In this document: piece after piece, positions 18,943 through 29,230 of the stretch
Layout of the letters: the number at the start of each line of letters is the position of its first letter
How positions within the stretch are numbered: the first letter of the stretch is position 1
Origin: Elusimicrobiota bacterium
GTDB taxonomy: Bacteria; Elusimicrobiota; Elusimicrobia; F11
DNA length: 64,000 bases
Assembly (NCBI GenBank): GCA_044221725.1
Contig: JBGAON010000001.1
Location: forward strand, 608,001-672,000
Reading direction: 5' to 3'
The notes under the pieces: generated by a model
Databases searched by the model: none
What the model was told of the DNA's origin: nothing
The model's input: only the letters and a program-made list of their open reading frames with translations
Position numbers and translations under genes: made by a program

Positions 18943-19930
18943 GGGAAGAGAGCACTTCGTCACGGACGTCTCGTAAAATTTGAAGTTTTCGGAGCGCCTT
19001 TGGCCGCGGCACGAATTCAAGACCGGTGGAGGGCGTGAGGAAAATTCGGGAAGCGGTTGTTTTTTCCCGCCAGCGCGAGACCGCGGTTGAAAGTTTATGC
19101 GCTTGCTCCTCAAGCGTGTTTCGGGAATTCACGATGCCCAGCCCGATTTCTTTCGTGCCGGGCTTGTTCAGCATCTGTGCAAACAAGGCGTCACCGTCCC
19201 AAGTGAAGTCGAGCACGATTTGCTGCACGGGCAATTCATCAAGCAAGCGCCAAAGCTTGGCAAGCGGCCCGAACCCCAGCGATACGGCAAACGTTACGGC
19301 GGGACCCTTCGGTATCATTTTTTCGAAATTCTTCTTCGCCCAGGCGAAAGTGTCGGGGTTCGTAACGAGTGACGGCTCGTCAATCTGGATTGTTTTTGCT
19401 CCGACTTTAACCAGCGCCGCAATTTCTTCGCGGATCACATCGACAAAAAAATCGTTCCGCTTGATCGTTGCCCCATAGTTTTTCGCTGTCGCGTCCGTGT
19501 GCAACGCGAGGGTCATCGGACCGGTCACAACGGCGCGCACCGGTTTGCTTGAAATGCTTTGGGCGTATTGGTACTCGGCGGCGATGACGGGGCCTTTGAA
19601 TCGCGGCGTCGACGTGAACCTCGGCTGTCGATAATAAAAGTTGGAATTGAAGTACGGCATGAGTCCGCCGCGTTCAATGCCGGCGACGTTTTTGCAGAAG
19701 TGCGAAATCGGGTCCTGCCAGCTGACGAGTCCATCCGTTACTTCGTCGATTTGGGCGTTGATTTGTTCGTGAACAATCTCTTGGATCACCGATTGCTCAA
19801 CGTCACGAAACGCGTGCGCCGAAATTTGTTTCGATTCAAAATGCGCGTGCCCCCGGCGATAGCGCTGTTGATCTTTCTCCTCGCCGATACGCGGGTAACT
19901 TCCAATATTCGCGACCAAAATATCCGTCAT
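18920..19930 (-). CDS. Cobalamin-independent methionine synthase N-terminal-half homolog
   Basis: GSYPRIG, FNSNFYY, TGPMT, IQIDEP, GIVNSRN, PSTGLEFVP. Confidence 0.8.
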   Translation of the reverse strand: MTDILVANIGSYPRIGEEKDQQRYRRGHAHFESKQISAHAFRDVEQSVIQEIVHEQINAQIDEVTDGLVSWQDPISHFCKNVAGIERGGLMPYFNSNFYYRQPRFTSTPRFKGPVIAAEYQYAQSISSKPVRAVVTGPMTLALHTDATAKNYGATIKRNDFFVDVIREEIAALVKVGAKTIQIDEPSLVTNPDTFAWAKKNFEKMIPKGPAVTFAVSLGFGPLAKLWRLLDELPVQQIVLDFTWDGDALFAQMLNKPGTKEIGLGIVNSRNTLEEQAHKLSTAVSRWREKTTASRIFLTPSTGLEFVPRPKALRKLQILRDVRDEVLSSHETIGTH

Positions 19931-19983
19931 TGCCGACGGAGATTAGTAGAAATGGATTCGCGGGGCGAGTATAATTCTTCGCT

Positions 19984-20271
19984 ATGAAAACAATTGATTT
20001 TGATGTGAATGGAAAAAAGGCCAATGGTGTTGAAATTCCGCTGCCCAAGGCGCCGCTGGTTTTGGCGTCGGGGCCCGGCGGGTTCGTGATGTGCGGTTAT
20101 TTGAACGTTGAAGTGGCCGAGAAGCTGGAGGTCGCGGCGGCTATGGTGCGCGGCGTTTCCACGGTGGACGATTTGCTCAAGGCAAATGTTGTGAGTTGCA
20201 CAAAAGCGGCCGCGGCCAAAGGCGTGACGGCCGGAATGACCGGCAAAGAAGCACTCGCGAAACTTTTGTGA
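19984..20271 (+). CDS. YunC / DUF1805 family protein
   Basis: GFVMCGYLN...AAMVRGV...GMTGKEAL. Confidence 0.85.
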   Translation: MKTIDFDVNGKKANGVEIPLPKAPLVLASGPGGFVMCGYLNVEVAEKLEVAAAMVRGVSTVDDLLKANVVSCTKAAAAKGVTAGMTGKEALAKLL

Positions 20272-21659
20272 CGGAAATTCGCATCGATCGGCTCGCGCTC
20301 GATGGCGATGGGATTGGGCGGCTGGCCAACGGCCAGGCCGCGTTCGTCCCATACGGTTTGCCGAATGAAACTGTCCAAGCTTCTGTTCTGATTCAGAAGA
20401 AGAACCACTCCCGCTGGCTCCCGAAGAAAATCGTAACGCCATCGCCCGATCGTATTGCTCCCAAGTGCCCGTATCACTTTGATGTCGGTCGCAACGCGCT
20501 CGCGTGCGGCGGCTGTGATTGGCAACACATGCCCACCGCGGTGCAGGTGAGAAACAAGCGTCAGCTCGTGGTTGAAACTTTTGAGCGTTTGGGTGGCGTG
20601 AAAAATCCGCCCGTCAAAGAAATGATTTCGTCGCCTCAGGAATGGCGTTACCGCAACAAAGTGCAAGTGCCGTTCGGTCGCGACGGCAAACATGTTATCG
20701 CCGGCTTTTTTGCGCCGGGCAGCCACACAATCGTCGACTTTGATGATTGCCTGATTCAACCCGAATTTTCTGTCGACATCGTTCGGTTTGTGAAGATGTG
20801 GGCCAACGCGAGCCCGTGGGCGCCGTACAATGAAGACAAACGCGTGGGTTGGATTCGTCATTTGCTGGTGCGCACAAACGAGCGCGGCCAAGCCCTTGTG
20901 ACGCTCGTGACCGCGTCGGAATTTTTTCGGGATCGGGATGCGTTCGTGTCCGCGCTACGAAAAAAATTTCCAAACGTGGTCGGAATTCACCAGAACATTC
21001 AGAAAGCGCCGACCCACGTGATCTTGGGGCCCAAGTGGATACGGCTTTGGGGCGCCGACACGATTGATGAAACGATGCTCGGAATTCGACTGGCCTGTTC
21101 GGCCGGCTCGTTTTTCCAGGTGAACAAATTTGCGGCAGAGCTTTTGTACAAGAAGGCGATCGAGGAAACGGCGATTACGAAGGATTCTCATGTTCTGGAT
21201 ATTTACTGCGGCGGCGGAGCGTTGACGCTGGCGGCCGCGCGATTGGCTCGGCATGCGACCGGCGTGGAAGCGGTGCCTTCCGCCATTCGCGATGCCAAAC
21301 GAAACGCGGTGCAAAACAATATTCGAAATGTTGATTTTATGGAGGGGGATGCGGCGTGGGTAATGCAGGACATTGCCAAAAACCGTCAATTTAGAAGTGG
21401 GCCCTGGATAAAAGATTTCCAGGGCGACGGCCTGTTGGTGCTTCTTGATCCTCCCCGCTCGGGGTGTGAGCCGCGCGTGTTGGATGCGCTTTTGCGTTTA
21501 AATCCGTTGCGCATCGTTTATGTCTCATGTCATCCGGCCACACTCGCTCGCGACGTGAAGCATTTATCACGCCAATATAAGCCGACATCCATCACGCCCG
21601 TCGATTTGTTTCCGCAAACCTCGCACATCGAAACCGTATGCCGACTGGAACGTCAGTAA
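20268..21659 (+). CDS. rlmD: 23S rRNA m5U1939 methyltransferase
   Basis: TRAM-like N-terminus, CGGC Fe-S motif, YRNK, SFFQVN, DPPRSG, YVSC, DLFPQTSHIE. GTG start overlaps the previous stop. Confidence 0.9.
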   Translation: MTEIRIDRLALDGDGIGRLANGQAAFVPYGLPNETVQASVLIQKKNHSRWLPKKIVTPSPDRIAPKCPYHFDVGRNALACGGCDWQHMPTAVQVRNKRQLVVETFERLGGVKNPPVKEMISSPQEWRYRNKVQVPFGRDGKHVIAGFFAPGSHTIVDFDDCLIQPEFSVDIVRFVKMWANASPWAPYNEDKRVGWIRHLLVRTNERGQALVTLVTASEFFRDRDAFVSALRKKFPNVVGIHQNIQKAPTHVILGPKWIRLWGADTIDETMLGIRLACSAGSFFQVNKFAAELLYKKAIEETAITKDSHVLDIYCGGGALTLAAARLARHATGVEAVPSAIRDAKRNAVQNNIRNVDFMEGDAAWVMQDIAKNRQFRSGPWIKDFQGDGLLVLLDPPRSGCEPRVLDALLRLNPLRIVYVSCHPATLARDVKHLSRQYKPTSITPVDLFPQTSHIETVCRLERQ

Positions 21660-24600
21660 AAATTTCCGGAATGCCGCGCGGTGCGCTGGCGTGGTGGCTC
21701 CTTCAGAACAAAAGCGATAAGAAAAGGCTCGTCGTGCTGCCCGCCGAAGAAGAGGTGATGAGCCTCGTCGACGATATGCGCGCGCTTTTTAAAATTCCCG
21801 ACGCGGGCCTGCCGAAGCCGTTCCTTATCGAAGGGTACACGAGCGACGATGAGCCGGAGCGACTGACGGCTCTTTACCAGTGGACATTTGGCAAAGCGAT
21901 GTTGCTCGTCGCGTCAAAAGAAGGATTAGCGCTTCCGGTCGATCGACCGGACGACCTGCGGCGACGCACATTCAAACTAAAACCCGGCATGACGATTGGC
22001 CGATCGGCGTTCGAAGAAATGCTTTCGAGCGCTGGCTACACGCGCAACGAACGAACCGAGCAGGTGGGCGAATATTCGATTCGCGGTGATGTGGTCGACA
22101 TTTGGCCGACGCGCTTGGGCGCGATTCGGCTCACTTGGAATTTCGACACGCTCGAAGCGATTCGCACGATCGACATGCACACGCTGCGGTCGGAGGAATT
22201 TCTTGGCGAAGCCACGCTTTATCCGATAACGGCCGGAACCGGCGCAACCCTTGAGGACTACAGTCCCTCTCCCCAACGGGAAGGGGGCCGGGTGAGGGAC
22301 GGCGCTGAGGATGACGGAGAGATTGTCTTTGTCGAACCCGGCGAAAACAGTCACCCAGAATTTCAACCGCTGCCCGCCATCGGCGGTAGCATGGACCGCC
22401 TCCGCGATCAACTCACAAATTGGCACGACGACGATTGGAAGGTCACCCTTTTCTGTCACAACCGCGGCGAACGGGAGCGTCTTGAAGAATTGCTGATCGA
22501 TCCCCTCACCGCTGCTCGGGGCGCGCGGCCACCCTGGCTTCCTCCTATTATTATAGGGGAGCTTGAACACGGGTTTGCAAGCGACCAATTGCGCTTGGCC
22601 GTGCTGCCGAACAGCGAGATCTTCGGCCGCTTCCGCAAGCGTGTGCGATTACCGAAGTTTGAGGGCGGCGGAGCTTTGGGTTCCGCGCTCGATGTTCGGC
22701 CGAACGATTATCTCGTGCATGAGAAACACGGCATTGGGCGGTATCAGGGGCTGCGGTCGCTCAAAGTCGGAAAAGTGACCTCGGAGTTCCTCGCGATCGA
22801 ATACAAAGGCGGCGACAAACTTTACGTTCCTATTTTTGAGATTCAGCAGGTGCAAAAATACTTGGGCGCGGAAGGAAAGCGCCCGGCGCTCTCAAGTTTG
22901 GACACGGCCGCCTGGGAACGCATCAAGTCCAAGGTTAAAGAAGACGTCGCGAAATTGGCCGCGGATCTGTTGCGCAAAGCAGCAAAACGCTCCGTGCGGC
23001 CCGGTTATGCGTTTCCGCCGCGCACGCATTTGGAAGACGAATTTTCGGCGAGCTTTATGTACGAGCTCACGCCCGATCAGAAGAAAACACTCGATGAAGT
23101 GGAACAAGACATGATGGCGCCCAAGGCGATGGATCGCTTGATATGTGGCGACGTGGGTTACGGAAAAACCGAAATTGCGATGCGCGCGGCGCTGAAGGCG
23201 GCGCTCGCCGGCAAGCAAGTCTGTCTTTTGTGTCCGACGACGATTCTTGCCGAACAGCACGCGCGAAATTTTGCCGAACGCATGGCCGATTACCCGGTGA
23301 CCGTGAAATTTATTTCGCGGTTTCAAGAAAAGTCGGAACAAAAGAAAATTCTCGAGCTGGTCGCCAAAGGAGGCGTCGATATCATTATAGGTACGCACCG
23401 GCTTTTGTCGGCCGATGTGACGTTCGCCAACGTCGGACTTTTGATTATCGACGAGGAACACCGATTTGGCGTGAAGCAAAAGAACAAACTGCTCGCGCTG
23501 CGCGAAACCGTGGATGTGTTGTCGTTGACCGCGACGCCGATTCCGCGAACGCTCGCATCTTCGCTGGCCGGCATCAAAGATTTGTCGGTGATCGAAACGC
23601 CGCCCGAAGGCCGGTTGCCGATCTCGACCCATGTCGGACTTTTTGATGAAGATCTCATGGCGAAAGCCGTGCAACAAGAATTGGACCGCGGCGGACAAGT
23701 TTTTTACGTGCACAATCGTGTGAAGACGCTGCAAGCCCGAAAAACGTGGCTCGAGGGAATTTTGCCATCCATCCGCATTTCCATGGCCCACGGGCAGATG
23801 AAAGAAGACGAACTTGAATCCGCCATGCACGATTTCTTGCACAAAAAAGTCGACGTGCTCTTAGCCACCACGATTATTGAATCGGGATTGGATATACCAT
23901 CGGTCAACACGCTGATCGTCGAAGAAGCGGAAGAATTGGGGCTCGCCCAGCTCTATCAATTGCGTGGCCGCGTCGGTCGTTCGAAAATGCGTGCGTATTG
24001 CTATTTGTTTTATGCAACGGGTGGACTTACAACCGATGCGAAAAAACGATTGGAAGCGCTGAAAGAATTCACGGCGCTTGGAAGCGGTCTGCGTCTTGCA
24101 ATGCGGGATATGGAAATTCGTGGCGCCGGAAACTTGCTCGGACCACAGCAGCACGGCAACATGGCCGCGGTCGGTATCGAAACCTACAGCAAGCTGCTAA
24201 ACGAAGAGATCCACAAAATTCAAGGCGAAGCGCCCGAAGAAGCGGCCGGCGGACCGCTGTTTGAACTGTCCCTTTCGGCTTACATTCCCGACGACTATAT
24301 GCCGGCGGAGTCCGAGCGTGTGCACATGTACAAACGAATTTTGTCGGCGAACGCCGTTGATCTTCAAAAAATTAAAGAAGAACTGGTGGACCGGTGCGGG
24401 CCGCTCGTTCCGCCAGTAAAACTTTTGTTTGATACAGCAGCGCTGCGGCTCATCGCACACGACAAGGGCGTGAGCGAGGTGCATGAAGAGTCCGACGGCA
24501 TCCTCATTTATTTCCGTCCAAACTTTAAATTGCCCGAGGCTTCGTTCAATCGGTTGTTTTCAGCAAAACCGACCGAGCTTACGTTGATTCCCGGGCCGCC

Positions 24601-24718
24601 CACCGGCGTGCGCGTGTTATTTCAGCCGGAGGAGGACGGACTGGATGCGCTGGGCCGGTTTCTGAGATTCGTTTTTCCGGCTGAAGACGTTTCGAAGAAA
24701 TCCGGAGCCCGGCCGTAA
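21638..24718 (+). CDS. mfd: Transcription-repair coupling factor
   Basis: VHEKHGIGRY (RID), GDVGYGKT, DEEHRFGV, TATPIPRT, QLRGRVGR, DMEIRGAGNLLG. Confidence 0.95.
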   Translation: MPTGTSVKISGMPRGALAWWLLQNKSDKKRLVVLPAEEEVMSLVDDMRALFKIPDAGLPKPFLIEGYTSDDEPERLTALYQWTFGKAMLLVASKEGLALPVDRPDDLRRRTFKLKPGMTIGRSAFEEMLSSAGYTRNERTEQVGEYSIRGDVVDIWPTRLGAIRLTWNFDTLEAIRTIDMHTLRSEEFLGEATLYPITAGTGATLEDYSPSPQREGGRVRDGAEDDGEIVFVEPGENSHPEFQPLPAIGGSMDRLRDQLTNWHDDDWKVTLFCHNRGERERLEELLIDPLTAARGARPPWLPPIIIGELEHGFASDQLRLAVLPNSEIFGRFRKRVRLPKFEGGGALGSALDVRPNDYLVHEKHGIGRYQGLRSLKVGKVTSEFLAIEYKGGDKLYVPIFEIQQVQKYLGAEGKRPALSSLDTAAWERIKSKVKEDVAKLAADLLRKAAKRSVRPGYAFPPRTHLEDEFSASFMYELTPDQKKTLDEVEQDMMAPKAMDRLICGDVGYGKTEIAMRAALKAALAGKQVCLLCPTTILAEQHARNFAERMADYPVTVKFISRFQEKSEQKKILELVAKGGVDIIIGTHRLLSADVTFANVGLLIIDEEHRFGVKQKNKLLALRETVDVLSLTATPIPRTLASSLAGIKDLSVIETPPEGRLPISTHVGLFDEDLMAKAVQQELDRGGQVFYVHNRVKTLQARKTWLEGILPSIRISMAHGQMKEDELESAMHDFLHKKVDVLLATTIIESGLDIPSVNTLIVEEAEELGLAQLYQLRGRVGRSKMRAYCYLFYATGGLTTDAKKRLEALKEFTALGSGLRLAMRDMEIRGAGNLLGPQQHGNMAAVGIETYSKLLNEEIHKIQGEAPEEAAGGPLFELSLSAYIPDDYMPAESERVHMYKRILSANAVDLQKIKEELVDRCGPLVPPVKLLFDTAALRLIAHDKGVSEVHEESDGILIYFRPNFKLPEASFNRLFSAKPTELTLIPGPPTGVRVLFQPEEDGLDALGRFLRFVFPAEDVSKKSGARP
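22265..22298. repeat. Palindromic element copy inside mfd
   Basis: CCCTCTCCCCAACGGGAAGGGGGCCGGGTGAGGG, same family as the 13445 copy. Confidence 0.75.
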
Positions 24719-24779
24719 TTTCGTCAAGTCGGAGCGCCGAATTGAAAACTTTTTTCAAATTGTTTCTAATCGTTGACGC

Positions 24780-25730
24780 ATGATTAACGTTTCCAACCTA
24801 ACCAAACGGTTTGGTGCCACGCTGGCCGTGGACGGAATTAGTTTTGAAATTCCGCAAGGTCAGGTGGTCGGTTTCCTTGGTCCGAACGGCGCTGGGAAAA
24901 CCACCACCATGCGGCTTCTGACCGGTTATCTTCCTCCGGACGAAGGTTCGGCTCAGCTGATGGGTTTGGATGCTCTCACGCAATCGCTCAACATTCGCCG
25001 CCATTTGGGTTACCTGCCCGAAAACAATCCGCTTCCCGATGACATTGAAGTAACCGATTACCTGCACTTTGTTGGACGCTTGCGCGGCTTGCACGACGAC
25101 AACGCACGGCTCGCGCGCGTGAAAGCGGTTCTTAAATTGGCTTCGCTGCACGCTGTCGTCGGAAAAAAGCTCGGCGAACTTTCGAAAGGCTATCGTCAGC
25201 GCGTCGGCTTGGCGCAAGCGATGATTCACGATCCCGACATTTTGATTTTGGACGAACCCACCTCGGGCTTGGACCCGAATCAGGTGCAAGAGGTGCGCGG
25301 CCTCATCGCGGATTTGAAAAAACAGAAAACCGTTATTCTCTCCACGCACATTCTCAGTGAAGTGCAACACACGTGTGACCGCGTCCTTATTATTAGCAAA
25401 GGGAAAGTGGCGGCCGATGGCACGCCGACGGACCTGGCTGGGTCGCTGCAAAACGTGAACCGACTGTACGTGTCTCTCCGGGGGCCACAAGAAGATGTGG
25501 CGCGCGAGTTGCAAAATTTGTCCGGCGTCAAACGGTTTGTTCCACAAGTGGCGGATCCTGAAGCGGCCGCCGAATTTCTGTTGGAGTCGGACGCCACTCA
25601 CGATCTTCGCGAAGACGTGTTCAATTTGGCCGTGAAAAATCGCTGGCCGATCCTCGGCCTGCAGCAGAAACGTCTGAGCCTCGAAGAGGTTTTTCGCGCG
25701 CTCACGCAGGCGGAGGCCCCTCGTGCTTGA
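24780..25730 (+). CDS. ABC transporter ATP-binding protein (GldA-like)
   Basis: GPNGAGKTT, LSKGYRQRVG, DEPTSGLDP. Confidence 0.9.
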   Translation: MINVSNLTKRFGATLAVDGISFEIPQGQVVGFLGPNGAGKTTTMRLLTGYLPPDEGSAQLMGLDALTQSLNIRRHLGYLPENNPLPDDIEVTDYLHFVGRLRGLHDDNARLARVKAVLKLASLHAVVGKKLGELSKGYRQRVGLAQAMIHDPDILILDEPTSGLDPNQVQEVRGLIADLKKQKTVILSTHILSEVQHTCDRVLIISKGKVAADGTPTDLAGSLQNVNRLYVSLRGPQEDVARELQNLSGVKRFVPQVADPEAAAEFLLESDATHDLREDVFNLAVKNRWPILGLQQKRLSLEEVFRALTQAEAPRA

Positions 25731-26451
25731 TAAACGCGTCATTTTCGCGATGGCGAAGCGCACGTTTCGCCAAGCGGTGGAATCGCCGATTGCCTACGTG
25801 GTGGCCATGCTGTTCTACGGATTCATCGGGAGTTTTTTTGGTCTCAACTACTTTTTGAACAACCAGGGTTCCATCGAGGGCGTGGCACAGATTGCGCCAT
25901 GGATTCTGTGGTTCGTAATCCCAGCGCTCACGATGGGGCTTATCTCTGAGGAGTTTCGACTTGGCACGTTTGAGCAGTTGGCCACGCTTCCGCTGCGCGA
26001 TTGGGAAATTGTTCTTGGAAAGTTTCTGGGTTTTGCAGGGTTGGTCGTTGCTCTGATTGCGGGTCTTTGTTTTTATTTGTGTGTTGTTGTTTTGACGGTT
26101 CAGAAAACTCCCGGCATCGACTGGGGAGCGACCTTCGGGGTCCTAATCGGTCTTTTGCTCGTGTGTTTGTCGTTTGGAGCCATGGGCATTTTCGCGTCAT
26201 CGCTCACCAAGAATCAAGTGGTCGCGCTCATTCTCGGAATGATTTTTTGCACAACGATCTTTATGCTGGGACAACTCTCGGGCGCTTTGCCGGGTCCCTT
26301 ATCGCGGCTTGCTGATTTTGTTGGGGTGCTCTCGCATCTCGAAACAGTGGCGCGCGGCGTGTTCGATTTTCGTGACCTGTTTTATTTCGTGTCGCTGATC
26401 TTTGTGTTCCTGTATTTCACGGTTCAGCGGCTCGCAACGAGGAGATTTTAA
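25723..26451 (+). CDS. ABC transporter permease (GldF-like)
   Basis: Multi-TM; EEFRLGTFEQLATLP...IVLGKF. Confidence 0.88.
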   Translation: MLDKRVIFAMAKRTFRQAVESPIAYVVAMLFYGFIGSFFGLNYFLNNQGSIEGVAQIAPWILWFVIPALTMGLISEEFRLGTFEQLATLPLRDWEIVLGKFLGFAGLVVALIAGLCFYLCVVVLTVQKTPGIDWGATFGVLIGLLLVCLSFGAMGIFASSLTKNQVVALILGMIFCTTIFMLGQLSGALPGPLSRLADFVGVLSHLETVARGVFDFRDLFYFVSLIFVFLYFTVQRLATRRF

Positions 26452-26453
26452 TC

Positions 26454-27980
26454 GTGGCCGAATCTCACGTTCAGCAGAAGCGGCGCGAATTCAAAGTTTT
26501 CTCGTGGGCCGGGGCTGCGCTTGTTGCTGCAATTTTTATCGGTCTCAACTACATTGTGAGCTTTCTGCCGTTGCGACTCGATCTCTCTGCGGGCGGTGCC
26601 TATTCGATCTCGCGAGGTTCCAAAGAAATCCTCAGGAAATTGGACGACACACTCACGGTCAAAGTGATGTTTTCGGAGCAGCTGCCACCCGTCTACAAGC
26701 TGAATGAGAAATATCTCACCGATTTGCTCTTTGAATATCGCCGCGCGTCCGGTGGAAAGATCCATATCGAGTATATGGATCCAAGCCGATCCCAGAAAGA
26801 CAAGAGCGAAGCTCTGTCGAGCGGAGTGGCGCCGGTGCAACTGGATGTGCGCGAGCGGGATAGGCGTGAAGTAAAGGAATGCTTCATGGGCGTCGCGTTC
26901 TATTACGGCGACAAGCGCGAAGCGATTTCCGTTGTGCAGGATACCGACAATCTCGAATACGAAATTTCCGTGCGCATTAAGCGGCTTATTGATCCAACGA
27001 AATTATCGATTGGCGTGGTCACGAACGGCGAGGCGGAAACAATGGCCAGCAAATCGCTGGAATCGTTGGCGTCGCCGCTGCGTGAACTTTACGACATTCA
27101 AGAAATTGACCTAACACAGCCGCGACCGCTGCCCGTCAAAGCGCTGTGGATTATCGGTCCAGCAAAGCCGTTCGATGCACCGGCGATGGCGAATCTGCGG
27201 GCGTTCCTGAGCTCGGGCGGCGTGGTCGGCATCATGCTGAATCGGCAGTCGACGCCGATCGGACAATTTCGCGCGTCGCCGCTCGATCCTGGTTTTAACG
27301 ACTTCCTGGCCGAGTGGGGGCTTTCGCAACGCGCGGGACTTGTCGTTGATCCACGCTGTGACCGGATTCAGATTCAGGCCACCCAAGGCGCTTTCCGAAT
27401 GATCAATATTGTGGATTATCCGTATTTCCCGTGGGTTTCCGATTTGGACCGGAAACATCCGGCGACGAAAGGCTTGGACGGCGTATCGCTGCCGTTCGTA
27501 TCACCGATCGATATAAACGCGAAAGCAGGAATAACTTACACGGCGCTGGCGCGCACATCGAACTTGAGTTACCTGGACGAGCGGCCGATGGACTTAAATC
27601 CACTGCAGACGCGGGTTCCGCCGCTGGGGGCGCCCGGCGGCCCGTTCAATGCGGCCGTGTTGGCAGAAAAGGGAACTTCACGCTTGATTGTGATTGGCAC
27701 GTCCCACTTTATTGAGTCCGATTATCCGGCGCGTCCGACCAATTACAGTATGTTCGTTAATTTGTTGGATTGGTCCGTGCAGGATGAAGCGTTGATTCAG
27801 ATTCGCTCGAAAGGCTTTGCGCGGCGTCCGCTTCGCGAGCTGCCGCCGGGGCTGCACCTGGTGCTCAAATATTTGATGTTGTTTTTCCTGCCCATTGCGT
27901 CCGTGGTGATTGGACTTATTGTTTGGCAGCGTCAGAAAACTCGCCGTAGACTTTTACCGCTCGACTACCAGGAGAGTTAA
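26454..27980 (+). CDS. GldG-family ABC auxiliary protein
   Basis: RLDLS...YSIS, LEYEI, N- and C-terminal TMs; position in the cassette. Confidence 0.85.
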   Translation: MAESHVQQKRREFKVFSWAGAALVAAIFIGLNYIVSFLPLRLDLSAGGAYSISRGSKEILRKLDDTLTVKVMFSEQLPPVYKLNEKYLTDLLFEYRRASGGKIHIEYMDPSRSQKDKSEALSSGVAPVQLDVRERDRREVKECFMGVAFYYGDKREAISVVQDTDNLEYEISVRIKRLIDPTKLSIGVVTNGEAETMASKSLESLASPLRELYDIQEIDLTQPRPLPVKALWIIGPAKPFDAPAMANLRAFLSSGGVVGIMLNRQSTPIGQFRASPLDPGFNDFLAEWGLSQRAGLVVDPRCDRIQIQATQGAFRMINIVDYPYFPWVSDLDRKHPATKGLDGVSLPFVSPIDINAKAGITYTALARTSNLSYLDERPMDLNPLQTRVPPLGAPGGPFNAAVLAEKGTSRLIVIGTSHFIESDYPARPTNYSMFVNLLDWSVQDEALIQIRSKGFARRPLRELPPGLHLVLKYLMLFFLPIASVVIGLIVWQRQKTRRRLLPLDYQES

Positions 27981-28922
27981 ATGGCCAAAAAATTCACAAT
28001 CCTTGCGGGAATTCTGTTTGTGGTCGTTGCCGCTGCCGTGTATCTCAGGTTTTTTGGTCGAACAATGTCCAAATCCGAAAATCCTCTCGCGAAATACAAA
28101 GTCGAAAAGATCAACCGGTTTTCGCTTGAATTTGCGGGGAATAGTTTTGAGTTTGAGAAAACCCCCGCCGGCTGGTTTGTGACGAAGCCATTGCGCGACA
28201 ATGCGGATGAAAAATATGTCGATGAGATTACGACAGCCATGCAGAGCGTGACCATTGGGAATCCCATCTCGGAGAATCCTTCGAAGCACGAGCAGTTTGA
28301 AGTAAACAAGGAACGAGGGGTTCATATGCAGGTGTTTGTTGAAGGCGAGACAAAGCCGGCGCTGGACGCTATCATCGGGAAAATGGCGGACACGTACGGG
28401 AAATCCTATTTTCGATTCGAAGGCAAGACGCCTGTTTTCATTGCCAACGGTATTGCTGATTTTTATCTGCGTCGCGAACTTAAGGGAATGCGCAGCAAGA
28501 AAATGTTGCCCAATTTAGCGGATGTCGAATCGTTAATGATTTCACACGAAAAAACCAATCTCGACTTGGTACGTTCCAGTGCGACTTGGACGCGTCGGAA
28601 TAGCTCCAATGTTATTGCTGCCAGCGTTATGCAGGGGTTGATTGAAAAACTCGATGGCCTGAGCGCCGTCGATTTTGTGAAGCCCGAGGGGCCAACGGAA
28701 ACGGATGGATATGGATTCGCAAAGCCTTTTCTGCACGTTACGGCCGTGATCTCGGGCCGAACTGCTTCTTTTGTGGTGGGAACAAAATCTCCAAGAAAGA
28801 ACCCGGAAGACGAGGCCGCCGTTTATCGATTTGCGAAGATTGATGGGCGGGACGCAATCCTCATTGTGCGGGAAGATTCGGTCACAGAGATCATAAAGGA
28901 CCTAAAGACGCTCGCCAAATAG
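27981..28922 (+). CDS. DUF4340-like exported protein
   Basis: N-terminal anchor, two repeated beta-rich halves; usual fourth gene of GldAFG cassettes. Confidence 0.75.
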   Translation: MAKKFTILAGILFVVVAAAVYLRFFGRTMSKSENPLAKYKVEKINRFSLEFAGNSFEFEKTPAGWFVTKPLRDNADEKYVDEITTAMQSVTIGNPISENPSKHEQFEVNKERGVHMQVFVEGETKPALDAIIGKMADTYGKSYFRFEGKTPVFIANGIADFYLRRELKGMRSKKMLPNLADVESLMISHEKTNLDLVRSSATWTRRNSSNVIAASVMQGLIEKLDGLSAVDFVKPEGPTETDGYGFAKPFLHVTAVISGRTASFVVGTKSPRKNPEDEAAVYRFAKIDGRDAILIVREDSVTEIIKDLKTLAK

Positions 28923-28930
28923 TCCGAGGT

Positions 28931-29008
28931 TGGGGTGACCAACGGGACTTGAACCCGCAGCCTCGAGGTCCACAACCTCGCGCTCTAACCAATTGAGCTA
29001 TGGCCACC
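28931..29008 (-). tRNA. tRNA-His(GTG)
   Basis: Cloverleaf on the minus strand, loop TTGTGGA, G-1 and encoded CCA. Confidence 0.95.
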
Positions 29009-29189
29009 AAATAAAAGCGCCGGTGAAAGCCAGGCTTTTCACCGGCGACGTGGCAGAGTGTAGCAAAACTTCCGCCGGGCAGAACGCGGTGAAGAGCGGT
29101 GGGCGCTAGTACCTTCAAAGATTTGGTGATTCGAATGTTGCTCAAAACCTCCTCAATTAACAGGTCGTTTTTTATAGGAGCCTTGGACC

Positions 29190-29218
29190 TTGACAATATA
29201 ACTATATAGTAATATGCT
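29190..29218 (+). promoter_or_regulatory. Sigma70 promoter of the TA operon with palindromic spacer
   Basis: TTGACA-17 nt-TATGCT; ACTATATAGT palindrome at 29201-29210. Confidence 0.75.
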
Positions 29219-29230
29219 CAGTTGGTAATT

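Noticed and set aside
24780..28922. Gliding motility system
   Set aside because: GldAFG-like ABC cassettes are widespread, and no motor genes are present here.
29044..29077. tRNA-like 5' fragment GGCGACGTGGCAGAGTG
   Set aside because: No anticodon or T arm; the minus strand reads as a TACACT -10 element for tRNA-His.
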